From Psammoneis japonica (lineage: Eukaryota), in assembly GCA_008632985.1 (NCBI GenBank), contig QPGO01000040.1, forward strand, positions 253,719 to 317,718: 64,000 nt of DNA, given 5' to 3'. Within the stretch, counting starts at the first letter, position 1; the number at the start of each line of letters is the position of its first letter. The position numbers and the translations under genes were made by a program. Shown one piece after another: positions 35,691 to 48,147 of the stretch. The notes under the pieces were generated by a model. It searched no databases, was not told the DNA's origin, and saw only the letters and a program-made list of their open reading frames with translations.

Positions 35691-38600
35691 CTGAAAAAAC
35701 AACCATTTTTGCTGGGCAATTTCTTGAAATTTGTTGAGTTAAAGTGTCAGCTTAAATTAAAACGGACGAGGCCAAGTGTTTGCAATGCAATCAATGGAAA
35801 GTTTGAGATGCTTCATCTGCATGGAGACGGAGAATTTAGACCACACGCATGTTCAGTCTGTGACATTCTGCTGAAACCTGGAGAAGTTTGCCACTTGCCG
35901 CTCGAAACATTGGAATCAGCAAGAAACTTGCTCACCCCTTCAGACTGGAACAGCGCATCTGATCGTCTCAAGTCCTGCTGCACTGTAGAGCATGAAGATG
36001 CTGATTGGATCAAAGAACTGCTGCTTTCTCCCCGCGCCCAATGCGCAGCACAGGAAGACAGACGACGCGTCGACGGATTCACTTGCTGCAGCGAATGCCG
36101 AAGAAGCCTGGGAAGAGCCGTTGTGCCAATGCACGCGACAGCGAACAACTGCTGTTTCGGCACCCCGCCGCACGAACTGTTGTCTCTAACCGAAGCAGAA
36201 TTGGCAATGCTCACACCAGTGAAAACATGCGGATGCTGCTTCAGCTGCCTTGGCGGCAAACAGAAGAAGCTTCAGGGAAGTCTGACGTGCTACAAAGTCA
36301 AGATGCAAAGCATCGTAAGAACTGTTGTGCACTTCGACGCACTGAATTTACATCAGAATGTGATTGCACTGATGACTGGAAAGATGACTCCGGAGCAAAG
36401 ACAACTTGCGCGTTCAAAGAACAGAATTAGGACGCACTGCATGCCAAGGGCGATGGAATGGCTGTTGTGCCACAACCAAGAGTGGGTGCACCAACAGATG
36501 AATCTAGACAAAGTTGGGCGCAATCTGCGGAATCCCACACTTGTCGATGGCACCGGCGAAGAAGAAGGAGAAAATGCAAATGTTGAGACCTCAGAGTCAT
36601 TTCATGTTTGCTTTCCTGATGGAACCATGTCTCCTGCGACCGGTGGTCAGCGCAACCTGGACTGCTTCAAAGATCTTGCACACGAAGCCACTGCCAACGG
36701 ATTTGATTTAGAGGTGCAAGCACAGTTGTCCAAAGAATCTGCGAGTGATTTCAAAGGCAACAACTTCATCAACGCGTGTCTGCTGCAGTTTCCTTTTGGC
36801 AGAGGAGGAATCAATGAGACGAGAATGAAGAAAGACGGAAGTCTCACAGATGGCACTAACCTTGCACACTGTGCCGACCACTTGGCACGGATTTCCCAGC
36901 CTCACTTCCACGAGCAGCTCTTCGTGTTAACATGCTGCAACTTGACAATGAAGCAAAGGATGCTGCAGAGCGCAGGGTGGAAAGTCAGGGACAAGAATCA
37001 GGCTGCACAGTTTGCAAACGAACCAACAGTGGACGATGTGGACAGAGCTGTTTGTGATCGCAACTTGGGCAAGAGAAGAGATTGTGGACTCGGGCACCAC
37101 TTTTGCGCGCACTCGACGTTGCATCTGCGTCTCTGCCACACAGCAACGAAGCAGCAAAGAAAATGAGGAGAAACGCCGAAACTTGTCAGCATCATTTTGG
37201 TCAGGGTGGCATTTTCTTAACCGTCAGTCCGGACGATGCAAATTCGTTTCTTGTGCAACTGCACTCGGGTGTCATCCTGGACCCAAACGAAGACGTGACA
37301 CAACTGACGGACGAAATTCTTGCTGGCAGGGCCAAGCAACGTAATGAACTGCGTCTAAAGTTTCCCGGTCTAACAGCCTTTGTATTCGAGTGCTTGTTTG
37401 ACATTGCAACAGAAGAGGCAGTGGGTTGGGATCTGAGTGCCAACCAACCAAGAGAAAACTTTAACTTCTACATTGGCAGGCCAGCCGCATTTTTAGCCGC
37501 AGTTGAGGAGCAGGGACGTCTGACAGCACACGGACACATGCAGATCTGGTTCGCATCGATCAACAATGCAAGAGAGAAACTGCATTCGCCAATGAGACAG
37601 ATCCGACGCGAAGGTGCTGAGCACCTCACCAACACAGTTCAGAAGATCTGCAGCACGGAATTAATCTGCAGCGAGGACTTCAGCACTAACGCGTTGCGTG
37701 AAGCATTCGATCATGACTGCGCAGCACCAAAAATGTGTCGCACCTCTCCAAAAGCAGCAGACGACCAACAGCTAAGAAACCTGAGGCACAAAGACGGCCA
37801 GCAGTCGAAGAACGGAATGTTTGCTTGTTGTCGTCACTGCACCAAGTGCTGGACAAACGTCGAGTTTGTAGAAAGCTTTTTACAGTCACGGCACCGTGCA
37901 CCTGGCCTGACTCGCTGTCCAGACAACCATGCAAAGTGACTAAAAGCAATGTGTGTGCAACACCAGCGAAGTGGTCCGCAAGGGACAACAGAGGCACACA
38001 CACCGGACGCAGCTTACAACCATCACATGCACGTTACGAAGTCGTGTTTTCCCAAATGCGCAGAGTTACGTAAAATGCGTAAAAAAACCCCACACGAGGA
38101 ACTGGACGCGCTGTCAAGGAAAAGGAAACGAGAGGAGCTCAAACCAGGTGACTGCCGTCACAGGCAACCAGCTGCTTCGTGTCCAAACAATTTGGCAAGG
38201 AACGCAGATGACACTCAGATAAAGTGGTTCAGCTGGGATGGACTTTTGCGTGTCGGCACGTGAAGGAAGTTGTTCGAAGAGGAGAAAGTGCGATGCTTTT
38301 CAAAACGTGTCGTGCCCTGCAATGGCAGATCAAAACTGACATGCAACACAAACATTGCTTTGTTGATGCCTGGACCGTCTGCTCAACACACGATTGGGCA
38401 CATCCTAAAAGATGCCCAGAAAGATGATGCTGCATCGTACGACGAAGTGCTTCGAACTACGAACAGGACAGCAACAGAATTACGGAAACACGCATCTGAT
38501 GCATCGGAAGCAATCAGACGTCTCACATGGGGTGCTTGCTCGCATGACAAGACGAACGTCATTGGACCACCACTTGCGTCTTACATGACAAGGAACGGAA

Positions 38601-40976
38601 GCCGTTTCATCTGATCTCATTTGACCGCATGGTGCCCCTTGAAAGACATTGTCAGCACACTAGAAAGAGACGAAGTGTCTGCGACTGTAGCCCATTTTGG
38701 CGACACACCGTTCTTCCAATGCCAGGCCTTGCACTGCCCATGTCGTCCAACAGCACTGGAGAATCTCAGTCCGTTTGCGTTTTTCAGTGAGTGCGAAGTT
38801 CTTCGCAACACAAGGAAAAACGAACACGGCATGATGATGTTCGACAACAGAGCGCACAGGCACCCGTCTTGCAATTCAACGAAGAATGAGTTTCTTCAAG
38901 GTGTCAGACAGCGACAGCAACCGCGATTGTTAAAAGCACTTCAGTGTGATTTTCCTGATGCAGCCAAGTTTGGCAGTTGCCTTGTAGATCCGCAGCAACC
39001 AACAACACCAGACAAAGAATTGCACTGCAAGTTGGCATTGGCCTTGTTTGCGCCTTGCAGAACAATGACGGAACTCAAACCAATGACCCGTGCATGCCTG
39101 CGTGAATTCCAACTCTCCGCAGCAGCCGGTGTCATTGCAGAGGAAAACTTGAACTTCTTGCAGAACCTGCAGGATGCTAAGTCCAACTGCCTTCGTCTCA
39201 AAAGCACATCTGACGATCTGCAAAGAAAGACGGAGCAATTTAGACCTGCTGACGTTGCGTTTGACTGTTGCAAAAGTGACGAGGAAGAAGGTCTTTCAGG
39301 CGCCGTTCAGGGTCAACTGCTGGATGCACTCTTGGAAGAAATGGCAGAGCAGCCAGAAGACGATGACATTGGGTTGAGCGACCAAGCAGTTGTTCCTGCG
39401 CATTTGAGCGGCAAACGTGCAAGACAGAAAGGTTCACACATGGGTGGTTGCAAATGCTTGGCAGACATGCACACTGACCCACCAAACGAGGAAAGCCAGG
39501 TCAATGAACGACAACTTTTTGAGAATCTAGAGGGCGGCGATGACACCGACGAGGAAGACCAGAATGAAGGAGTGCAACAACACATCCACAGCAGACCACT
39601 GTCAAGAGACGACATTGTTCGAGTGACACTGACTAGAACGCAAAGAACAAGAAGGTCGTTTGAGGACATGACAGGTTTGGAAGAACACGTCGATGTACGT
39701 CAAGCAAACGGATCTGCAGCAAGCATCGTAGACTGGGCTAGGAAAGCAAGACTGGACAGGCAACAGCAGCGTGCCTTTGAAATTCTAGCAGGAACCTTTG
39801 TGCTCACTTGCTGCCAAGACGCTCTTCAAGACGAGACGTCACGCAATGGACTCAACAGGAGAAATGGCAGACACGAATTCGCAACAAACCTTCGCCGATT
39901 GAAGAAACTCGTGGAAGTGCAAAGACGCAGAACGTTGCAACTTGTGTGTTTTTTACATGGTGCAGGTGGAAGTGGCAAATCAACCACAATGGACCTCGTC
40001 GTGGAATGCGGAAGAGAGCATTGCTCGCTTGTTGAGCAGCCGTTCACAACAAGCACAATCAGAGTGACTGCACTGACCGGAGTGGCTGCGACTGTTCTCA
40101 AAGGGGACACAATCCACCGAGTTGCATGCCTCATGAGAAGAAAGCAAATGACCGAAGAGCAAATTGAAGCATGGTCAGACACGAGACTTTTGGTGGCAGA
40201 CGAGATTTCTTTTGCAAGCAAGAGAGAACTAGAAAAACTCCATGAGAATTTGACAGCATTGAAGAGCGAATTGAGCAAGCCGCACGGTGGTGTCAACATT
40301 GTTTTCGCAGGTGACCTCAGGCAACTAGAACCAGTCGGAAAAGGAGTGAAACCACTGTGCAAAGATGTGTGTCCCGAGTTTCACGAGTGGATCAACTGCC
40401 ACATGGAACTTCGTGGTGTACACAGGTTTAAAGACGATCCATCATGGGGAAAACTGCTTGAGAGATTCCGCACTGGTGAGATTGCAGTTGACGACACAGA
40501 GCACATCAACGAACGAGCAGTTCAGAACGAAGATGATCTGCCCAGTGACCTCCGCTGTGCTGCGTGCGCAAATAAGGACAGAGATGCAATTGACACTGGC
40601 CCATTCGAAAAAAGAGTGAAAACACTGCATGGAAGAGATGGAGACGTCCTTGACTCAATGTTGATTTTCAGTGACGACTTGCAGGCACAGAATGGCACGA
40701 GACTCTGCCAACCATTTCCGGTTTGCAACAGCTTCTGGAACAACTGTGGTGAAGGAGACGTTGTCATGCAATCAGGAAGAATGGATCCAGTCTTACAAAT
40801 TTACAGAAGATGCAGAGTCATGACACCTTTCAACGAAAATGCAGCAAACAGTCAAGCAAACGGAACGCAAGCCACTGTTGACAAGGTCGTTCTCAAACCA
40901 GGACAGGAACCAAGACTGGTGACTTTAGACAACAACATTGGCATTCCTGCTGTGCTTGCTAGCAGGTAGACCATTG
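35655..40976 (+). mobile_element. Helitron-family Rep-Pif1 helicase gene, frameshifted and TpA-mutated; runs into an assembly gap
   Basis: DUF6570-like PMHATANN..GTPPHELLSLTEAE; Rep FLTVSPDD, VEEQGRLTAHGHMQIW, HTIGHILK (YxxxYxxK position); Pif1 GAGGSGKS, ADEISF, GGVNIVFAGDLRQLEPV, HRFKDD. Confidence 0.92.
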
Positions 40977-41704
40977 NNNNNNNNNNNNNNNNNNNNNNNN
41001 NNNNNNNNNNNNNNNNNNNNNNNNNNNNNNNNNNNNNNNNNNNNNNNNNNNNNNNNNNNNNNNNNNNNNNNNNNNNNNNNNNNNNNNNNNNNNNNNNNNN
41101 NNNNNNNNNNNNNNNNNNNNNNNNNNNNNNNNNNNNNNNNNNNNNNNNNNNNNNNNNNNNNNNNNNNNNNNNNNNNNNNNNNNNNNNNNNNNNNNNNNNN
41201 NNNNNNNNNNNNNNNNNNNNNNNNNNNNNNNNNNNNNNNNNNNNNNNNNNNNNNNNNNNNNNNNNNNNNNNNNNNNNNNNNNNNNNNNNNNNNNNNNNNN
41301 NNNNNNNNNNNNNNNNNNNNNNNNNNNNNNNNNNNNNNNNNNNNNNNNNNNNNNNNNNNNNNNNNNNNNNNNNNNNNNNNNNNNNNNNNNNNNNNNNNNN
41401 NNNNNNNNNNNNNNNNNNNNNNNNNNNNNNNNNNNNNNNNNNNNNNNNNNNNNNNNNNNNNNNNNNNNNNNNNNNNNNNNNNNNNNNNNNNNNNNNNNNN
41501 NNNNNNNNNNNNNNNNNNNNNNNNNNNNNNNNNNNNNNNNNNNNNNNNNNNNNNNNNNNNNNNNNNNNNNNNNNNNNNNNNNNNNNNNNNNNNNNNNNNN
41601 NNNNNNNNNNNNNNNNNNNNNNNNNNNNNNNNNNNNNNNNNNNNNNNNNNNNNNNNNNNNNNNNNNNNNNNNNNNNNNNNNNNNNNNNNNNNNNNNNNNN
41701 NNNN
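40977..41704. other. Assembly gap
   Basis: Run of N. Confidence 1.
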
Positions 41705-42636
41705 GTCATTGATGAATGAGGAAGACGAAGAGGAGATTACCTTGGAAGAAGCAAGAGCGGCGTTTGACCTTGCTTCGGGAAATTTTGATGTCACTTCTGC
41801 ACTTGTGCAAGACAACACGACAGTGGACAGTCATCATGTGGAAACAACGGTCGCTCCCAAGGATGATTCAACCATGGAGGAGCCAAAGGCAGCATGTGCA
41901 GCGGCGATTCCACAGCGGTCGGGGAGATTTTTCACCGAGGAGGAGATGGCGGAGCAGGAGAAGGAGCAAGCAAAGTCCCTTCAGAAGAAGCATGGCCAGA
42001 AAGAATGGAATTGAGCAAATTGCAAATGACCATTTAGCAAAGACAACAGCATCAATGTGCAAAATGCACACACATGGACTTTCACTTGAGCCGCCGCGGA
42101 TTGAGTGTGGCCATGAATGAGGACCAACTGTTTGGCAAAGAAACTGCAACAATGCGCAAATTTCGCACATTTCCACACTCACTTAATCCAACGCAGCTTG
42201 CCTTGGACAACATCAACATGCACAACTAGACAACATCAACACACACAGACAGCCTCATGAAACCTCACAGAAGACAGAATGGTCAGAAGCAAAACAACCA
42301 GCACCACGCTCTAACGCATGTTGGTCATGTCGCGTGGGTCGCGCAAAAGTGCGCACCGAAATGACCGTCATGTGTTGTAATTAATTCGAACGCCCGGCGC
42401 AAAATGCAGCAAAATGATTGGTGCAGGCAATCGTCATGGCTCTATTTTCTGACAGTAGCGAGGGCGGCAATCCAAAATCTTTCGGTTTCAGACTTCGATC
42501 TAGAGAGTTCCACCTAAAAAAGAGGAGGAACCAATTTGTTTCCCGCCATATCACGCGCAAGTGGATGATGATTCGCGCGGAGCCTCACATCTCTCCACCC
42601 TCGCTCAGCCGCGCAAAGCCAGAAAATCAAACAACC

Positions 42637-43212
42637 ATGGCCACTTGCGTTTGTAGTTTGAGCGGCGAGACGGGTTCTTCCGTATCAGGGGTGTTGAAAC
42701 TTGTACAGTCAAGTGAAGATGCACCCACCACCATTGAAGGCGAGCTTCGAGGCTTGACACCGGGAAAGCACGGCATTACAGTCAATGTGTACGGCGACCT
42801 TTCTCAAGGCGCTACTACATGCGGAGAGATTTTCAACCCATTTGGTGAGAATTATATTGCGGTCTGTGCGAATCGTGCTTGTCTTCATCATTGTGTCGTA
42901 GCTTATGATCCTTTTGTGTTTTGTTTCTGAACAGGCAAATCACACGGATCACCACAAGACGATCCGAGCAATCGCATGGTGGGTGATTTGGGAAACATTG
43001 ACGCTGGATCGGATGGAAAGTGTGCCGTGTCGTTGTCGGATTCACTCGTGAAATTGTTGGGGCCCCATTCCGTCATTGGAAGGTCGATTGTCGTGTATAC
43101 TTCTGCGGATGATGGTGGACGTGGCGGCCAACCGTCGTCACTTACAACCGGCAACACTGGAACACGAGTAGCTGCCGGTGTGATTGGAATTGCCGCAGCT
43201 GCGGCGCCATGA
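42637..43212 (+). CDS. Cu/Zn superoxide dismutase-fold protein lacking metal ligands; one intron (42845-42934)
   Basis: GLTPGKHG, FNPFG|KSHG, VGDLGNI, GPHSVIGRSIVV, TTGNTGTR..GVIG. The GT..AG intron restores the reading frame. Confidence 0.92.
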
Positions 43213-45903
43213 GGTGGGAGAAACGATTGTTTAAATAAGGATCAACATGGTAGACTTGAAAGGGTTTTGTCTGACATTATGGCTACTGTCCTGAAGCAGA
43301 TTAGAATAAGGAGTACTTTTTAGCGAGTGAGAATGGCCACCAACGGTCTGATTTATAAATCGTCAAGAACCCGGCCGCCAAAGCTCTGCATCCAACATCA
43401 AATGTTGGATTCTTTTGCACTGATGTGAGCAGGTAGTTTTGAAACTTTCAGTACTCGCGTCGCATTGTTCAACGCCTTACTCTTAGGTCCTACACCAGCA
43501 CTTTCACAGTACATCAGCCCGAGGCCTTCCTCGCCTAGATTCTTCATAGAGGTGGCGTTTCAAACAACGGGCTTGTTTGGGCTCGTCTAGAAAAAAAATC
43601 GAGAGGCACTGTCCATACAATTCTTTCTCCCCTCCGCAAGGAAATTCCCCCCAAAGGATTCGCCTATTCTTCTTCTTGTTGGTTCTCGTTTTAACGCAGA
43701 GCGGCGGCGTCTCCATTGTTGACAGCGCTAAAGTGAGCAAACTGGTTCGCGGGAGGAACGTAGTCTTCTCGATGCCCACCTTATATTGCTGTCCGCATAC
43801 TTAGACTGGCATCCACATACAAAGGTTTCGGGCAGGCTTGAAACTGTGGATTGAATCGTTTCGAGCGGCACAAAACGTGCACGCGGCATCTCCAGCTAAA
43901 GATAAAGGTGCGAATGGAGTCACCAAGATTCTTGAGAGAGTCGGCATTCACCGCAGTGTCCCCGTCAAGACTGCTGATTGCCAGAATTCCCCATGTGGCA
44001 TTGACCTCCGTCATTCTCAAGGAAAAACACGAAAGTCCCGTTACTTTGTCAGTAAAGGAATCAAACCGATCAATAAATTTAAAGCCCACCTAAATGTACC
44101 GGTGTCCATTCCCTCGTGGGCAATTTTTTCATTGCTTATCAAAACCAGTCCCACTTCGGGTTTAAATGTCTTGTATTGTTCGGTCCATCTGTTATGAAAG
44201 CGAGTGCCGCCACCCTCACGTTGATAGAAGCATGAAACGAATCCCCGCGTTCGCAAATGGGAGATTTTTCTCAAGATCTGCGAAAACAGACAACATTCGA
44301 TTGATTTACAGCAGCAGTGATGAAAATGCATGCTCACGTAAAGGCAATCGAAAGCAAAAGATGAAGAAAAGGATCTACCTGGCAGGAGATTCTCGACATC
44401 TTTTTGGGCGAGAAAAAGAAATGCCTCAGGCTTGCGCCACCTCTAGAGTGGACAAATGCGCTCATTCCGCCCCTGCGAAAGGATCTTTCCCGTATGAACG
44501 TCAATTCTCTTCCTTCGCAACAGAGGGAGCCACAGGTGTCCACGGCAGTGGAGGCACATTCGATGCGAATAAAGTAAGGCAGAGTGCATCAAGATCCGTT
44601 CTAACCGAGAGCCAATGATGGTAGCCTCCCCAATAGCTTCATTCTCGTCTCCCGGAAATTCAATGTTGGAAAAGCCTTCTCTATTAGCTACCATTGACCA
44701 TGTGCCATCGAAGGAGAGAATCCAGGGAGCCCTAAAAGACTAGTCCTCTCATCTTTTGCGGTTGGCTAGAGGCAAGAACACCAAAACACATTCGGGTTGA
44801 GGAGCTGTTCCGTAGTCTTGCGAGAAAGTGGACCACTGGCATGTGGTACGACTTTGAACTTATCTATACTGAACCAAATCGACGCTACTGCGGTCTCTAG
44901 AATAGGAGACAATGTCAAAGGGACACTGCCGTTTGTGCGTGGCACGCCGGTCCGGCACAATAAGAGGCCCGTGTGGAATCTTGATTCGTGCGATCGCCAA
45001 GGATCTACCGGTAGCCAATACTGTCTCTGTATCCGACGCTGAAGCTTTTCTTACTAAAACCAGCTAAGACCTTTGCAAGATTGTTAATTCTGAAAACAAT
45101 ATCTGTCCGAAGCCATGGTACCTACACCAAGCTTCAGCATCGCAAGAAGTCCCTGCTGTTTGATTCGCCTGCCGATAGAGAGTCAGGTTGTAGGATCCAG
45201 GATAGAATTTCAGATCATCTGAGAGACAAAGGGCCCGTACGTTAGACGATACAAAAGCCCGTCAAATCATTCACCAAAGTGTAGCGCACAGGCACAGCAA
45301 AACAAGAAAACAGGAAAGACATTCCAAGTTGCTGTTTAAAGTACGCATGCAAAAAGGTCCTAAGCTTTTCACTCCGACAAGAGTCATCCTTTTCTATGGG
45401 GCTTTCAAAACTCAACGTTCAACTGTATGAAACAAACGCCAAGCAGAAATCGGCCCGTTCTATGCAACGAGATAAGCTGTAAAAGGTTGAACTCACCGCC
45501 ATCTTCAGGATGAGCGCCTGTACTCGGTACCGGTAGACACTGAACACTGCGTTAGAACCACTTTGCTTGCTCGGATTCCGAATAGTGAGTGACCGTGGCA
45601 TGTATATTGGCTATGGAGATGTCGTCGCGTCGGTTGATAACATGGCATTGCCAATGCCCGAAAGCAGGAGCAGACAACGGCAGGACGGGCATCGCCGACA
45701 TCATGTTGAAGACTTGCGATCTACGGATCGGCACGAAAAACGAAAAAATCAAAATCAATATAAACATATATTCAACATCGTAGAAACTTTATGCTGACGA
45801 ACTTCCCTCCGACGTCCGACGTCCGACGATCCTTTTTGCCCTCATCGCTCATCGCAGTTGCTAAGCATATGCATATCATATAGGTAGCCAGAGTGTGTTA
45901 ACC

Positions 45904-46650
45904 ATGTCTTTACTTGCCACGTTATTGATTGTCGCCATGACATCATTAAGCTTGGTGACAACAGATGCAGTAGTGGTTGTAACGCATTCACCACTGCATA
46001 GGCTCCAACGAAGCAGGCACATGCCTTTGAAATTTGGAAAACGGAAAATTACAGTGAATGAGCCGAGCTTTCAAAGTGCCTCTGCTATTATCGAACTGCG
46101 TGGGGGTGGTTTTGTTTTATCGAGGGAAATGGACAAATTCATGGACCGGTTGTTTGACGATGCTGATACTAACAACAATGGATCCATTAGCTTAAATGAG
46201 ACGTTCGAGTTGGTGCTGTACATGTTTATCAAGGTGAATCGACAAGCGCCAATTCCACCACCCACCCGTGAAACCGTAGAGATTTTATTCAAAAAGGCCG
46301 ACAGGGACCGAAATCGGCGCTTGACTCGGCCCGAATTCAAAAAGCTCATGAAAGTGCTGATTCGGCGCTCGTCGGCAAGGATTGTCTTGCACAAGATTAT
46401 CAAAATGGTGGTGGCTCCCATCTTGGCTGTCTCTCTTGTCCATGTCTTGTCGGGGAACGAAATTTTGCTATCGTTGGAAGGCGTCTTTCCACAAGGCGTT
46501 GCCAGAGTCCTGCACAGAGCGGACCTTTGGAAAGTTGTTTTTACAATTCTGTTTGTAATCACTCTGGGTAACTTTGTATTGTCGGTTACAACTGACATTA
46601 TGGACTTTTTCGATCTGGGACAACATGCCAAGGAGCATAAGAAATTCTAG
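45904..46650 (+). CDS. EF-hand membrane protein with signal peptide
   Basis: Hydrophobic N-terminus; DTNNNGSISLNE and DRDRNRRLTRPE loops; two C-terminal hydrophobic segments. Confidence 0.8.
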   Translation: MSLLATLLIVAMTSLSLVTTDAVVVVTHSPLHRLQRSRHMPLKFGKRKITVNEPSFQSASAIIELRGGGFVLSREMDKFMDRLFDDADTNNNGSISLNETFELVLYMFIKVNRQAPIPPPTRETVEILFKKADRDRNRRLTRPEFKKLMKVLIRRSSARIVLHKIIKMVVAPILAVSLVHVLSGNEILLSLEGVFPQGVARVLHRADLWKVVFTILFVITLGNFVLSVTTDIMDFFDLGQHAKEHKKF

Positions 46651-46690
46651 AGTCTAGCCTGCTATTTCCCAAATTCGAGTTTTCTGGCTT

Positions 46691-47683
46691 CTAAAAGCTC
46701 TTTATCTGGTTCTCTTCATCTTGCAGTGTTGCCACGTGATGGTCTCCGTCTTGTAGTGTCACGTCAGATCTCGTTGTGTGCAAGAGAGTAGCTATTGGTA
46801 TCGTTTCGAACCTTGATGGTGATGATGTCTCCTCATTCTCTTGGGACGTCCATTCTCTAATCTCCAAGTTATACAGTAACATGTTAGTATGACCTGGCCA
46901 CGGTGGATCTTGTTGGTCAGTCAGTTGATTGTAACAACCATCGTTTATGCTGTGATAGAGCGTCCATTGACAATCACGATTCGCTTGGCCAACAATCAAA
47001 ACGGTGCTGTCATTATCTGTGGACTCAAGAGGCAAATAATGTCTTGCGGCGTTCAACAGGGGCTGCAGGAGGTAGTGGTAGTACGCGACGTCTGTCCCAA
47101 GAACAACATCTACTAGGTCGTCCTCGTCGGCAACCTCATTTGCTTCACAATCTCTCCACTCAAGCCGCTTTGCCTCAACCTTACAATTAGAAGGAATGTC
47201 ATTCTGTTGGATATTCTTGTCTAGGCTTGCCACAATCTCATTACTCTTGTCTGTAAGAACGCATCTCTGGATCAAACTCGTTTTGATCTCTTCTGTACTC
47301 ATGGCGGCTACCAATCCGGTCAAACCCAATCCTGACCCAAGTTCTAAGACGTCTGTTTGACTCATCACATTGCGATAAAGAGGAGATTGTAGTAGAATAG
47401 AGCCTGCCAATCCTGAAGCCCAGAGAGAGGTACTCAAGTCTCCTCCTTCTTGTGACGGACAAAGCGTAACAGAACATTTCGTGTCTTCTGACGTACTACC
47501 ATGCCAGCCAACGTGAATCGATAGAGTGTGATCAGAATTCTCTTCTTGTACCATCCAGCCCAATTCTTTTGCAGAAGGATCCTCACTACTACATCCCCAT
47601 GGATACAGAGCGGAACGCCGTCGTCTCAAAACACCATTGTTGCTACCTGCCAGAGAAAGCAAAAACAGCGGGAATTGTTTCAT
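46691..47683 (-). CDS. Methyltransf_16 / METTL21-like protein methyltransferase
   Basis: LWASG, VLELGSGLGLTGL, VLTD, LEW, VVLGTDVAY. Confidence 0.88.
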   Translation of the reverse strand: MKQFPLFLLSLAGSNNGVLRRRRSALYPWGCSSEDPSAKELGWMVQEENSDHTLSIHVGWHGSTSEDTKCSVTLCPSQEGGDLSTSLWASGLAGSILLQSPLYRNVMSQTDVLELGSGLGLTGLVAAMSTEEIKTSLIQRCVLTDKSNEIVASLDKNIQQNDIPSNCKVEAKRLEWRDCEANEVADEDDLVDVVLGTDVAYYHYLLQPLLNAARHYLPLESTDNDSTVLIVGQANRDCQWTLYHSINDGCYNQLTDQQDPPWPGHTNMLLYNLEIREWTSQENEETSSPSRFETIPIATLLHTTRSDVTLQDGDHHVATLQDEENQIKSF

Positions 47684-48147
47684 GATTGTTCAGACGATGA
47701 ATCTATGAAAAACGACACCACAGCTCTGCTCCTTGTCTCTCTCGCTTCCCTTTATTGATTGCTACTTGACGGAGAATATAAACGCTGTATATTAGACACT
47801 CTTGCTATTGAACACTACAACGGCGTTATCGGAATGATTTGCCATTGTCGCGAAGATTACCGATTTTGGGCGGTCGGCGGTCGGGCGGTCGGGCGAATTG
47901 TCCAAAAGGGGATGACAGCAAGACCGCGAACGGAGTGATTGTATGGTAAATGACGCATGTAAAAATGTACACAAGATGAGTACCAGTGTCGGAGGGAGTT
48001 TTTGACACACCAAAAAACGGCTTCACGCGTGAACTGCGGAGATCGAACCCAGAACCTCCCCATCGCTCGGTTTCAAGGAAAATCTTCCAACGAAACAACA
48101 CAACTAGCGTCACCTTACGAAACTCGTGCACACATATTCATGCTAGA

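Noticed and set aside
35655..40969. Alternative genetic code (Tyr reassigned) as the explanation for Cys/His substitutions
   Set aside because: Neighbouring host genes use TAY and TAA/TAG normally, and non-coding LTRs/TIRs show the same changes.
40852..42014. Long ORFs spanning N runs (also 62072-63931)
   Set aside because: Their length is an artefact of translating assembly gaps.
42335..42360. Hairpin ggtcgcgca-aaag-tgcgcacc as the Helitron 3' end
   Set aside because: Imperfect, no clear CTRR terminus, and separated from the helicase by a gap.
43400..45450. Possible decayed acyltransferase/condensation-type gene on the minus strand
   Set aside because: Only short broken frames and a weak FDG motif; not enough to call.
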